From an uncultured delta proteobacterium (GTDB lineage: Bacteria; Desulfobacterota; Desulfobacteria; Desulfobacterales; SpSt-501): a stretch of 64,000 nucleotides of DNA. The translations under genes were made by a program, and so were the position numbers. Every line of letters starts with the position of its first letter. The first letter of the stretch is position 1. Under the pieces are notes generated by a model. The model searched no databases. It was not told the DNA's origin and was given only the letters and a program-made list of their open reading frames with translations. Positions 38,016 to 47,495 of the stretch are shown here, piece by piece. The DNA is taken from positions 7,540-71,539 of the forward strand of contig CAWHEZ010000035.1 of NCBI GenBank assembly GCA_963828345.1, given 5' to 3'.

Positions 38016-38288
38016 ATGACGATGCCGCACCATGAACCGCGGGGGACCGTTACGCTGGCCCGGCTATACGCCCAGCAGGGGCACTGGGATCGGGCGGCCG
38101 TCATCTACCGCGCGCTGTTGCAGGCGGACCCGGGGCGGCAGGACCTCCGGCAGGCGCTGGCCGAGGCCGAAACACACCGGTCTCAGCGCGCCATCGATGG
38201 CCTGGCGCCGCTGTTCCGGGAGTGGATCGAGCTGCTCTTCCGCCACGACCGGCTGCGACGGCTCAGGCGCTTAAGAGGCCGGCTGTGA
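38016..38288 (+). CDS. Small TPR-like hypothetical protein
   Basis: ORF track entry. LARLYAQQGHWDRAAVIYRALLQADP resembles one TPR unit. The second ATG at 38022 has better spacing from GGGAG. Confidence 0.5.
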   Translation: MTMPHHEPRGTVTLARLYAQQGHWDRAAVIYRALLQADPGRQDLRQALAEAETHRSQRAIDGLAPLFREWIELLFRHDRLRRLRRLRGRL

Positions 38289-38297
38289 ACGGCGCCC

Positions 38298-38897
38298 TCA
38301 CGGTTTTTCCGCCGGCTTGACCGCCTCGCCCTTGGATTTGACGTCGTGTCCGGCGTCCTTCTCTTTCGGCTCCGTGTTGAACACCGCCTTGACCCGCTCC
38401 GAACCGACGCCCTCCACCACGGCCTTGCCCTCCGCGCGCTGGAGGACGATCTTGGGCCCGGTGATGGTGTTCCCCCCGCTCACCACCCGCGAATTGGGGC
38501 CCGTGAGGGTCAGGATGTCGGTCGCCTGAACGTATTCGGCCTGTTGGGAGTCCGTGGTGTACTGGTCCGTGACGATGTGTACCCGCCCCTTGGCCACGAA
38601 CTTCTCGACGGAACTGCGCATGGGCTGGTCCTTGGGCGGGTTCATCAGATCGCCGGTGTAGAACACCCGCAAGGCGTCTGCGGTCATGGTGAATTTGCCC
38701 TGGACGGCCTTGACCGCACCCAGGAAATCCGCCCATTTCTCGGTGTTGTTCGTCACCAGGCGGTCGGCCGTGATTTCGATCGGCTCTTTGGAGCCCTGCG
38801 AGTCGGGCGCGAGCAGCCCGGCCGCCGACGCGGTTGCCGCCGCGAGCAGCCAGCCGAGCGCCAGCGCGCCTGCCGTGATGCGTCTGCCGGATTTCAT
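38298..38897 (-). CDS. lptA: LptA/OstA-family periplasmic LPS transport protein
   Basis: ORF track entry. Signal peptide, then EPIEITADRLVTNNTEKWADFLGAVKAVQGKFTMTADALRVFY. Confidence 0.75.
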   Translation of the reverse strand: MKSGRRITAGALALGWLLAAATASAAGLLAPDSQGSKEPIEITADRLVTNNTEKWADFLGAVKAVQGKFTMTADALRVFYTGDLMNPPKDQPMRSSVEKFVAKGRVHIVTDQYTTDSQQAEYVQATDILTLTGPNSRVVSGGNTITGPKIVLQRAEGKAVVEGVGSERVKAVFNTEPKEKDAGHDVKSKGEAVKPAEKP

Positions 38898-38957
38898 ATG
38901 ACCAGCCTCCCTGTCACACCATAGCTAAAACAGACCTGCGGATCAACGGGTAGGCGT

Positions 38958-39542
38958 CTATCCGAAGAGGTAGACGCAGGCCGCGATGCTGGCCGCAACC
39001 CCGGCCAGGTCGGCCAGCAGCCCGGCCGCAAGCGTGTAACGGATGCGTCGGACCTGCACGGCACCGAAATACACCGCCAGGACGTAAAAGGTGGTCTCGG
39101 TGCAGCCCTGGAGGGTCGACACCAGCACGCCGGTGTAGCTGTCGGGGCCGATGGCCGGGTCGTTGATGATGGCGGCCAGGACAGCGAACGCGCCCGAACC
39201 CGAGAGCGGACGCAGCAGCGCCATGGGCAGGGCCTCGGCCGGGAGCCCCACCCGGGAGGTCCAGGGGCCGAGCACGTGCACCAGGGCGTCGAGGGCCCCG
39301 CTCGCCCGGAACATCCCCACCGCCGTGAGAATGGCCACGAGGTAGGGGATGATTTTCAGCGCCACCTGGAACCCCTCCTTGGCGCCGTCCACGAAGACTT
39401 CGTACACCCGCACCCGGCGCACCAGGCCGAAGAGCAGGAATCCCGCCATGAGCCCGGGCATGATCCAGGGCGACAGGGCCTTGCCGCAGTAAATCGTCAG
39501 GGGGATGAGCGCCAGCACCGCGGCAAGGGCGAGGCCGCTCAC
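38958..39542 (-). CDS. spmB: Spore-maturation-protein-B-like nucleoside-recognition membrane protein
   Basis: ORF track entry, GTG start. LRPLSGSGAFAV...TETTFYVLAVYFG motifs. Confidence 0.8.
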   Translation of the reverse strand: MSGLALAAVLALIPLTIYCGKALSPWIMPGLMAGFLLFGLVRRVRVYEVFVDGAKEGFQVALKIIPYLVAILTAVGMFRASGALDALVHVLGPWTSRVGLPAEALPMALLRPLSGSGAFAVLAAIINDPAIGPDSYTGVLVSTLQGCTETTFYVLAVYFGAVQVRRIRYTLAAGLLADLAGVAASIAACVYLFG

Positions 39543-40249
39543 CCACCCGGGGTACGCCGCGGTCGAGCGCGTCGGCCAGGGAGTCGTCCGCGGCTTCGGC
39601 CTGCGGGGCCGGCGAGGTCACGGCCGCCGGGATCGAGCGGTCGCGCCAGACCCGGGCGAGAAGCTTGGCCGAGACCACCCCCACCACGGTGGAACAGGCG
39701 GTGGCGAACAGGGTCGTCGGGAAAATGGCGGCCGGGTCGGCCGAGCCCGCGGCCGCGCGCAGGGCGATGACGCCGGTCGGCAGCAGCGTCACGCTCGAGG
39801 TGTTGATGGCCAGAAAGAGCGCCATGGCGTCGGTGGCGGTGCCCGGCAGCGGGGTTCAGCCGGTTCAGCTCCTGCATGGCCCGGATGCCGAAGGGGGTGG
39901 CGGCATTGCCGAGCCCCATGACGTTGGCGGACAGGTTGAGGATCATGGCGCCCATGGCCGGGTGGTCGCCGGGGACGTCCGGGAAGAGCCGCACCATGAG
40001 CGGGCGGATCAGCTGCGCGATGATCCGCAGCAGCCCGCCGGCCTCGGCCACCTTCATCAGCCCGAGAAAGAGGGTCATGACCCCCACCAGACCGAGCGAT
40101 AGATCCACCGCGCCCGCGGCCGACTGCACCATGGCCTTGGAAAGCGCCTCCATGGGCGCTGCGGCGCCTTCCGCGGGCAGCGCGGTGAACTGCCCCCAGG
40201 CCGCGGCGGCGAACGCGATCAGGACGATGGCGAGAAAGACGGCGTTCAT
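39539..40249 (-). CDS. spmA: SpmA-like nucleoside-recognition membrane protein; central part appears out of frame between two indels
   Basis: MNAVFLAIVLIAF...GIRAMQELNRLNP (ORF 39539..40513 frame) continues as PGTATDAMALFLAINTSSVTLLPTGVIALRAA... in ORF 38914..39825. The stop that overlaps the spmB GTG (GTGA) is back in the first frame. Confidence 0.7.
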   Translation of the reverse strand: MNAVFLAIVLIAFAAAAWGQFTALPAEGAAAPMEALSKAMVQSAAGAVDLSLGLVGVMTLFLGLMKVAEAGGLLRIIAQLIRPLMVRLFPDVPGDHPAMGAMILNLSANVMGLGNAATPFGIRAMQELNRLNPAAGHRHRRHGALSGHQHLERDAAADRRHRPARGRGLGRPGRHFPDDPVRHRLFHRGGGGLGQASRPGLARPLDPGGRDLAGPAGRSRGRLPGRRARPRRTPGG

Positions 40250-40373
40250 GGGTGGGTTGCCTGTGATTGAGGTGCCCGGCCTGGGCCGTTGCCTTCCATC
40301 TCGCGCGTTCCGTGCGGCCGGCAGGCGTCCTGCTCCGATACCCCAAACCGACGGCAATTGAAAGAGAGCCCGG

Positions 40374-41606
40374 TCACTCTCTTCGGAGCGCCTCGATCGG
40401 GTCCAGCCGCGACGCCTTGCGGGCGGGGTAGAACCCGAAGAAGATCCCGACCACCGCCGAAACCGAGAACGCGACGAGCACCGCCTCCGGATAGACCACG
40501 GCCGGCCAGTCACCCATGGCGGTGAACGCGGCCGATCCCCCCACCCCGAGCAGAACCCCGATCAGGCCCCCGATCATGGACAGCGCCACGGCCTCGGTCA
40601 GGAACTGCGCGAGAATGTCCCTTCGGCGCGCCCCGATCGCCATGCGCAGGCCGATCTCGCGCGTGCGCTCCATGACCGAGACGATCATAATGTTCATGAT
40701 GCCGATACCCCCGACCACGAGCGAAACCGAAGCGACCGCCGCCAGCAGGAGGGCCATGGTCCGGGAAGAGGCGGCGCGGGACTCCAGGGCTTCGGCCTGG
40801 TTGCGGATCCAGAAATCGTTTTCCTGGTTCGGTCGCAGGCGGTGACGCTGACGCAGCAGCTCGCGGATCTCGCGTTCGGCCGACGACACCAGCTCGGCCG
40901 ACTTGACCTTGACGGCGATGCCGCTGACCAGCCGGCCGCTCAGGGCGCGTCCCCCGAGCACTTTCTTGCGCGCCGGGCCCATGGGGATCAGGACCAGGTC
41001 GTCCTGATCCCACCCGCCCATGGAGTATCCTTTCGCCTGCAGCAGGCCCGCCACTTTGAAAGGGACCCGGTTGACGCGCAGCACGGAGCCGGTGGGGTCT
41101 TCCTCGGGCAGCAGGTTCTGGGCGACCGTATTGCCGAGCAGCACGGTCTTGACGTTGCCGCGGAAATCTTCGGCCGCGATCGCCCGACCGTTTTCGAGGC
41201 CCCACTCCCGGGCTTCGAAGTATTCCGGGGTGACACCCAGGATGGTCGTGGACCAGTTGGAGTTGCCGGAGATGATCTGCCCGCGTCCGCGGATGTAGGG
41301 GGCCACCACCTCCACTTCCACGATTTCTTTTTGAATGGCCTCCGCGTCCTCCTCCGTGAGGGTGGGCAGCGATCCCGTGCCCTGTCGGATGCGCGCGGCC
41401 GTGGTGGTCCCCGGAAAAACGTAAATGAGGTCGGCGCCCATGCTGTTGATGATGTCCGCCACCTGCTCCTGCGCACCGGCGCCGACCGACACCATCACGA
41501 TCACCGCGCCGACCCCGATGATGATGCCGAGCGTGGTCAGCACGCTGCGCAGGATGTTCACGCGCAGGGCGCGGCAGGCGTCGCGGACCGGTTCGACGAT
41601 CGTCAT
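40374..41606 (-). CDS. ABC transporter permease (MacB/FtsX family)
   Basis: In ORF 40374..41642. The ATG at 41606 overlaps the ATPase stop (ATGA). MacB periplasmic domain and FtsX C-terminal helices. Confidence 0.88.
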   Translation of the reverse strand: MTIVEPVRDACRALRVNILRSVLTTLGIIIGVGAVIVMVSVGAGAQEQVADIINSMGADLIYVFPGTTTAARIRQGTGSLPTLTEEDAEAIQKEIVEVEVVAPYIRGRGQIISGNSNWSTTILGVTPEYFEAREWGLENGRAIAAEDFRGNVKTVLLGNTVAQNLLPEEDPTGSVLRVNRVPFKVAGLLQAKGYSMGGWDQDDLVLIPMGPARKKVLGGRALSGRLVSGIAVKVKSAELVSSAEREIRELLRQRHRLRPNQENDFWIRNQAEALESRAASSRTMALLLAAVASVSLVVGGIGIMNIMIVSVMERTREIGLRMAIGARRRDILAQFLTEAVALSMIGGLIGVLLGVGGSAAFTAMGDWPAVVYPEAVLVAFSVSAVVGIFFGFYPARKASRLDPIEALRRE

Positions 41607-42301
41607 ACGGCATCGTCCGAAGGCGGGGTCGCGGCGAGGCAACCGTCGCGGAAGGTCAAAATGCGTCGCGCGAATCGGGCGATGTCCGTTTCGTGGGTGA
41701 CCAGCACGATGGTGATGCCTTCGCGGTTCAGCGCTTGCAGCAGGTGCATGATCTCGACGCTCGTGCGGGTGTCGAGTGCGCCGGTGGGCTCGTCCGCCAG
41801 AATCAGCACCGGCCGGTTGACCAGCGCGCGGGCGATGGCCACCCGCTGCTGCTGTCCGCCCGAGAGCTGTGACGGGTGATGGTGGGCGCGGTCGCGCAAC
41901 CCGACGGCATTCAGGACCTCCAGCGCGCGGTCATGGCGCAAGGATCGCTTCATGTGCCGGTATCGCAGGGGCAGCTCGACGTTCTCCAGGGCGGAGGTGC
42001 GCGGCAGCAGGTTGAAGTTCTGGAACACGAAGCCGATCTGGCGGTTGCGGACCCCCGCCAGCTCGTCGGATGACAGCCGCGAGACATCCCGATCCTCGAG
42101 GAGATAGCGGCCCGAGGACAGGGTGTCCAGGCAACCCAGGATGTTCATGAATGTGGATTTGCCGGAGCCGGACGGGCCGGTGACCGCCACGAATTCGCCC
42201 GCGGCGATCTCCACCGAGACGCCCCGCAGGGCGTGCACCGCTTCGCCTCCCATCCGGTAATCCTTGCTGAGATCTTCGGTTTTCAGCAGCGGGGCCGTCA
42301 T
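41603..42301 (-). CDS. ABC transporter ATP-binding protein (MacB/LolD type)
   Basis: ORF track entry. GPSGSGKST, LSGGQQQRVAIARAL, ILADEPTGALD. Confidence 0.92.
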   Translation of the reverse strand: MTAPLLKTEDLSKDYRMGGEAVHALRGVSVEIAAGEFVAVTGPSGSGKSTFMNILGCLDTLSSGRYLLEDRDVSRLSSDELAGVRNRQIGFVFQNFNLLPRTSALENVELPLRYRHMKRSLRHDRALEVLNAVGLRDRAHHHPSQLSGGQQQRVAIARALVNRPVLILADEPTGALDTRTSVEIMHLLQALNREGITIVLVTHETDIARFARRILTFRDGCLAATPPSDDAV

Positions 42302-42305
42302 ATCG

Positions 42306-43928
42306 TCAGAACCCGAATCGCTTCGCGGCGCGGGCCGAGGGCTTGGGGGGGGGGATGTTCACCCCGAGAATGACCGACTGCCCTTGAGTCAACGGCCCGC
42401 TCAGCACTTCGGTGAAGGTCCCGTCGTTGATCCCGAGCGCGAGATCGAGCGGGACCGGTTTGCCTTTTTCGCCGACGCGGTAAACCCGTCCGCGTGCGAT
42501 GGAGATGGCGTCACCGGAGGACCAGCGGATGAATTTCTCGCGCTGCTCGGGCGAGAGCAGCGCACCGATGGCGATGCGGGTGCGTTCGCGTTGCGCCAGG
42601 GTTTCCCGGCGCTGCTCCTCGGGGGAGGCGTCCTGCTGCTTCATTGCGGACAGCCGTTCCCGCGCCTCCGACAGCACGACGGAGACCTGGTTCCGTTGCG
42701 CCTCGGTCAACCGGAGGAGGGCGCTCAGCTGTTTCACGCGCTCCTCGGGCATGATGGGGTCGGCCGCAGGGGCGGAGCGGGCGGCGCCGGGTTTTTCCTC
42801 GTCCGTCGGCCGGAACCTGAGCGCGGCGTTCGGCACTTTGAGAACGTCGGCGCGCTCATCGACGATGATCTGGATGTTGGCCGTCATGCCGGGGAGCAGG
42901 CGCAGGTCTTCGTTTTGCGCCGAAACCACGACCGTGTAGGTGACGACGTTCTGGACCACGTGCGGGTGTTTGCGGATCTGAACGACCTCGCCGTGGAACT
43001 CGCTGCCCGGGAACGCGTCGACCGTGAACAGCGCGCTCTGGCCCACGCGCACGCGACCGATGTCCGCCTCGTCCACGTCGGTTTCGACCTGCATCCTCCG
43101 CAGATCCTGAGCGATGGTGAAGATCTTCGGGGCCTGAAAGCTGGCCGCCACGGTCTGGCCGATGTCCACGGCCCGTTCGATCACGACCCCGTCCACCGGG
43201 GAACGGATGAAGGTGTTGTTAAAATCGACTTCGGCCTGGTGGAGCGAGGCTTCCTTGAGCCGCACCTGTTCGATGGCGTAGAGAACCTGGGCGCGCGCCG
43301 CTTTCAAGGCGGCTTCCCTGGATGCGGTCTGAGACTCAGCGGCCTTCTCCTCGGAGAGGTCGGACTTCAGCTGAGCCGCGGATTGTCCGTGACTCGTCTG
43401 GGCGTCGTCCGTCTGGCTCTCGGAAACGGCCCCCGACTGGTAAAGCGCTCGACGGCGGTCCATGTTGCGGCGCGAGTTTTCAAGCGTGACGCGCGATTTT
43501 TCGGTTTTGGCCTGGAGGCTGTTCAGGGTCGCGGCGGCGTTGGCAAGCTCCTTTTCGGCCCGCTCGATCCCGACCTGCTGGATCCGGACGTTGGCGCGCG
43601 CCACCTCGAGTTCGGCTTTTGCCTGCAGGACCTTGGCCTCAAACGTTTCAGGGTCGATGCGCGCAATCACCTCGCCCGACTTGACTTCGGAGTTGAAGTC
43701 GGCGCCCAGTTCCTTGATCTGTCCGGACACCTGCGATCCCACCTGGACCGTGATGACGGCGTTCAAGGTGCCGGTGGTTGAGACCTGTGCGACCATTGGG
43801 CCTCGTTCCACCGTGGCGGTGCGAAATGAAACCGCATCCTCCTGGCCGGTGTTCATTACGAAAAACCCGGACACCCCAAGAATCCCCAAGGCCACGGCGG
43901 CTGCGACTATCCAGTTCTTACGCGTCAT
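42306..43928 (-). CDS. Efflux periplasmic adaptor (MacA/HlyD family) with an extra helical insert
   Basis: ORF track entry, 540 aa. Lipoyl, coiled-coil and beta-barrel regions, plus an insert of about 100 aa containing LTEAQ and LSPEQ motifs. Confidence 0.85.
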   Translation of the reverse strand: MTRKNWIVAAAVALGILGVSGFFVMNTGQEDAVSFRTATVERGPMVAQVSTTGTLNAVITVQVGSQVSGQIKELGADFNSEVKSGEVIARIDPETFEAKVLQAKAELEVARANVRIQQVGIERAEKELANAAATLNSLQAKTEKSRVTLENSRRNMDRRRALYQSGAVSESQTDDAQTSHGQSAAQLKSDLSEEKAAESQTASREAALKAARAQVLYAIEQVRLKEASLHQAEVDFNNTFIRSPVDGVVIERAVDIGQTVAASFQAPKIFTIAQDLRRMQVETDVDEADIGRVRVGQSALFTVDAFPGSEFHGEVVQIRKHPHVVQNVVTYTVVVSAQNEDLRLLPGMTANIQIIVDERADVLKVPNAALRFRPTDEEKPGAARSAPAADPIMPEERVKQLSALLRLTEAQRNQVSVVLSEARERLSAMKQQDASPEEQRRETLAQRERTRIAIGALLSPEQREKFIRWSSGDAISIARGRVYRVGEKGKPVPLDLALGINDGTFTEVLSGPLTQGQSVILGVNIPPPKPSARAAKRFGF

Positions 43929-43962
43929 GCTCGTTCCTTCTTGGATCGATACGCACGCGGCG

Positions 43963-43991
43963 ATAGTATTGGGAATTTAACGAGTTGTCAA
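43963..43991 (-). promoter_or_regulatory. Sigma70-type promoter candidate for the efflux operon
   Basis: Minus strand: TTGACA, 17-nt spacer, TACTAT, about 35 nt upstream of the adaptor ATG. Confidence 0.45.
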
Positions 43992-44098
43992 ATCGGAACT
44001 GGGGGATAATCTGAGGAAATTTGAGGGGTTAATGCTTCAAGGCCGGGCCGGGGCCCCATCCGGCGACGGGGCCTCGGCAAGCAAAGGCGCATGCGCCT

Positions 44099-44422
44099 TC
44101 AATACTGAGCGGACCGAATGGCCTTGCCGGCGACGGGGTTGTAAAGCTTCATGATGGCGACCTTCATCACGTCGAGGACCTTCATCTGGGCGATGATGTC
44201 GAGCAGCTTCTTCTCGGCCTCCGGGGGCAGGACGCAGGCGTTGGACGCGTCGAACTTCAGGTCCGGGAACCCCTTGGCGAGCTTCTTCTGCTCCTTGTCG
44301 CTCACCGGGACCTGAATGGCCTTCTGGCCGTTGATGTCCTTGACCTGGCCGGCCAGGCCGGCACCCGCGATGACCTGCATCTTGGCGTCGTCCAGAAACA
44401 CGTTGATCAGATAATCTGCCAT
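44099..44422 (-). CDS. Hypothetical protein (107 aa)
   Basis: ORF track entry. GGAGGG lies 4 nt upstream of the ATG. Lys/Asp-rich non-shadow composition. No family recognised. Confidence 0.55.
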   Translation of the reverse strand: MADYLINVFLDDAKMQVIAGAGLAGQVKDINGQKAIQVPVSDKEQKKLAKGFPDLKFDASNACVLPPEAEKKLLDIIAQMKVLDVMKVAIMKLYNPVAGKAIRSAQY

Positions 44423-44591
44423 GCGACCCTCCTCTGTCCTGATGATATTGGGTGTGTGGAGAAAAACCGGGAATGTGGAAGTTACTTAGTTGGATTTTGG
44501 CAGGCTGTCAAGCCGGCCGTGGGTGGCTTCGCGCCTGCCGCCACGGCGTCGACGGAAGGCGCGAAGCAGGTTGATTTTAACACTCCGCCGG

Positions 44592-46265
44592 CTACGGGGT
44601 GATTCTCGGCAACCCCCGGGTGCCCTGGATCAGGTTGACCGCCTGCTGCGGAATGTAGGCCCGTTCCGTGTCCTTCGCGTACACGACCACCCCTTCCAGC
44701 GGGTAGACCTTCTCGCCCAGCTTGAGGAAGTTCTTGTTGGCGGGCAGTTCGGCCGTGAGTCCCGCAGCCGTCGCGATTTTCACGACCGGGTTGGCCGGCT
44801 GGCTCCGGTCGACTGCGACGCGTCCCGGGAAGGCCTGGGCCGCGTCCACGAACAGCCGGCGGTTCAGCTTCTCCAGTTCGAAGCCCATGGCCGCCGCGCA
44901 GACGCGGGCGATGTCCGGGGCGTCCACGACCCCGCCGGCGGGTTTGCCCGGGCCGAAGGCGTGCAGCGGGATGTCGCCGCCGGCATGCCCGTGGGTGGTC
45001 CAGCCGACGTACGTGTAGGCGGCGCACAGCACCTCGCCGAGCGCGTGGTAGGGTTCGTGCCGTTTGGGGGCAAGATCGATGACCTTCCGGGCGTCGGCCT
45101 CGGTGATCTCCATGCCCCAGAGCTCGCGCGTCGCTGCCTGGAGCGCGGCAGGGCTCTTCTCCGGGAGCGAGCCCCACAGGCGGTATCCGGAGGCCTTCAT
45201 GCGCCGGAACGGGTCGAGCAGGTCCTCGACCTTCATCTGGGGGTAGAGCTTGTCCGAGCGGTAGTTGCCGATCGAGAACCCACCGGTGTTGTGGTCCGAT
45301 ACCGCCAGCACCAGGGTGCGGCCGTCGCGGCGCGCGAATTCGAGCGCCGCCTCGACCGCCTGGTCGTAGGCGAGCAGGTCGCTCAGCAGGTGGGGCGGGT
45401 CGTTTGCGTGACAGGCCCAGTCCACCTGGCTGCCCTCCACCATCAGGAAGAACCCGTTCTTGTTCTGCGACAGGAGCTCGATCGCCTTACGCGTCATCTC
45501 CGCGAGCGTCGGCTGGCCGGGGTGCAGCGCCGGGCGGTCGATCTCGGGGTCCATGTGGTTGTCGGCAAACAGCCCGAAGACCCGTCCCTGTTTGATGGAC
45601 TGCAGTTCCTCGCGCGTCTCGGGCAGCGCGTATCCCCAGTCCTGGAGAGTCCGGAAGAGGTTTTCGCCGTCCGTCCGCGACCCCTTGATATCCTTGGGCA
45701 GCAGGTGCCGCCGGCCGCCGCCCAGGACCACGTCAAGGCCCTGGTGCACGGCCTGCTCCATGATGTCGTTCTCCTCGTCCCGCGCGGCCGTGTGGGCGAC
45801 GTAGGCGCCCGGGGTGGCATGGCTGACGCGTGAGGTGGCGACGATCCCGGTCGACTTCCCGACCAGCCGGGAGCCCTCCAGCACGGTCGCGAAGGGCCGG
45901 TACTGAACGTCTTCCGGCGGCACCGGGACGCCGGTGAGGGTTCGCCGGCGGGGCCCCACGCTGATGTGCTTGTCGCTGGTGCGGACCCCCGTGGCGAAGG
46001 CGCTCGCGGCCGGCGCCGAGTCGGCGATCACCGAGTCGGCGATGAAGGTCTTCACGGCGCCCACCCGGTAGGGGTCGAAGGACAGCGGTGCGCCCTTGTA
46101 CCAGCGGGCGAAGGTGTACTGCTCGGCCGAGCACCCGTCCACGATGAGCACGATCACGTTCTTGGCCGTCGCCGCCAGGGCCCGACCGGGGCTGCCGAGC
46201 GCGGCCGCAAGGCACAGGACCAGCGCCACCCGGAACGAAAATACCGCCGCTGTGCGTACCCGCAT
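44592..46265 (-). CDS. Alkaline phosphatase family protein with signal peptide and C-terminal extension
   Basis: C-terminal 557 codons of ORF 44592..47348. MRVRTAAVFSFRVALVLCLAAALGSPGRALA, then NVIVLIVDGCS...DSAPAASAFATG...SDHNTGG...HGHAGGD. AAGGAG lies 7 nt upstream. Confidence 0.85.
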   Translation of the reverse strand: MRVRTAAVFSFRVALVLCLAAALGSPGRALAATAKNVIVLIVDGCSAEQYTFARWYKGAPLSFDPYRVGAVKTFIADSVIADSAPAASAFATGVRTSDKHISVGPRRRTLTGVPVPPEDVQYRPFATVLEGSRLVGKSTGIVATSRVSHATPGAYVAHTAARDEENDIMEQAVHQGLDVVLGGGRRHLLPKDIKGSRTDGENLFRTLQDWGYALPETREELQSIKQGRVFGLFADNHMDPEIDRPALHPGQPTLAEMTRKAIELLSQNKNGFFLMVEGSQVDWACHANDPPHLLSDLLAYDQAVEAALEFARRDGRTLVLAVSDHNTGGFSIGNYRSDKLYPQMKVEDLLDPFRRMKASGYRLWGSLPEKSPAALQAATRELWGMEITEADARKVIDLAPKRHEPYHALGEVLCAAYTYVGWTTHGHAGGDIPLHAFGPGKPAGGVVDAPDIARVCAAAMGFELEKLNRRLFVDAAQAFPGRVAVDRSQPANPVVKIATAAGLTAELPANKNFLKLGEKVYPLEGVVVYAKDTERAYIPQQAVNLIQGTRGLPRITP

Positions 46266-46424
46266 CGTCGAACTCCTTTGCACGTAGAGACTTGCCGTCG
46301 CGCCGCCGCCGGACTCCCGGGCGTCTGGCGCCTGCGGGATAATCTGGTATACTAACCGCTCAGAAGATTCAAGGCCCGCAGCCGTGACCGCTGCAGATCC
46401 GAAGTGAAAGGAGATAAGGTCGAC

Positions 46425-47495
46425 ATGGCACATCGTGAGTCTCTGTTCGCCGGCGCGCCGGACATCGTTCCGCCCCGCCTGTCCAAGGGGATGAGCGTCC
46501 CCGCGCTGCTCGACGCCATGGGGCGGACATGCTTCGAGGCCCGCAACCTTTACAGCGCAGCGCGCCTGTACCAGCGCATGGTTGCGGAGGGCGACGTGAT
46601 CTGGCTGGGGATTTCCGGGGCCGGGATCGCGGGCGGCATGGGCGGCATGGTGGTGTCGCTGCTGGAGGCCGGGTTCATCGACGTCATCTGCTCGACCGGG
46701 GCCCAGGTCTACCACGATCTGCACTTCGCCTTCGGGCTGCCGGTCAAGGCCATTCACCCGCAGGCGGACGACGACCGGCTGCGCGCCCACGGCGACACGC
46801 GCATCTACGACATCGGCATCCGTGAGGAGGAGACCCTCATGGAGCAGGACCGGATCATCCGCCAGTTCGTGGCCGAGGCGCATGCCGATCTCGGTCGCGG
46901 TCCGGTCTCGAGCTGGGAGTTCAACCGTCGGCTGGGGCTGTGGGCCGCCGGGAAGGCTCGGCACCCCGAGCGCAGCTTCGTGATCGCCGCGGCGCGTTGC
47001 GGCGTGCCCGTTTTCTGGGATTCCCTCGCCAACCACTCGATCGCGATGAACCTGGTGATGTGCGACCGCGCGGGCTTCCCGGTGCAGCTCTCGGCTCAGC
47101 GCGACATCCTGCACTCCGCCGCGATTGCCTATGCCGCGCCGCAGACCGGGTTCGTGGAGCTGGGCGGCGGCGGGCCCAAGAACTTCATCCAGCAGACCGG
47201 GCCGACCATCAGCCAGATCCTCGGCATCGCGTTCGAAGGCGCCGAGCGCGGCCTGCAGATCGGGACGGCCATGGAGCGGGAGGGCAGCCTTTCGGGCTGC
47301 ACCTTCGCGGAGGCGGTCACCTGGGGCAAGTACCGCGGGGTCGACCACGCCAAGATGGTCCAGGTCTGGGGCGAGTACAGCATGCTCTTCCCGCTGCTGG
47401 CGGCCTACGCGCTCGACGAGTGCCGGCCGCGTCCGCTGCGGCGGGTCGCCGACCAGCTGCCGGGGTTCGTCGCGCGCATCGAGGCGGCCATCTGA
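46425..47495 (+). CDS. Deoxyhypusine synthase-like protein
   Basis: In ORF 46404..47495. WLGISGAGIAGGMGGMVVSLLEAGFIDVICSTGAQVYHDLHFA and the C-terminal TWGKY motif are typical of the DHS family. Confidence 0.8.
   Translation: MAHRESLFAGAPDIVPPRLSKGMSVPALLDAMGRTCFEARNLYSAARLYQRMVAEGDVIWLGISGAGIAGGMGGMVVSLLEAGFIDVICSTGAQVYHDLHFAFGLPVKAIHPQADDDRLRAHGDTRIYDIGIREEETLMEQDRIIRQFVAEAHADLGRGPVSSWEFNRRLGLWAAGKARHPERSFVIAAARCGVPVFWDSLANHSIAMNLVMCDRAGFPVQLSAQRDILHSAAIAYAAPQTGFVELGGGGPKNFIQQTGPTISQILGIAFEGAERGLQIGTAMEREGSLSGCTFAEAVTWGKYRGVDHAKMVQVWGEYSMLFPLLAAYALDECRPRPLRRVADQLPGFVARIEAAI

Noticed and set aside
44497-44512. Sigma-54-like TGGCAG-N5-CAAGC on the plus strand.
   Set aside because: - The -12 element lacks TTGC.
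- No plus-strand gene follows for almost 2 kb.
- The same bases are better read as a minus-strand TTGACA -35 box for the 44099-44422 gene, though its -10 (TAAGTA) is weak.
46266-47348. Upstream 360 codons of the 918-aa ORF containing the alkaline phosphatase.
   Set aside because: - It is antisense to the DHS-like gene.
- The phosphatase has a clear ribosome-binding site, ATG and signal peptide at 46265.
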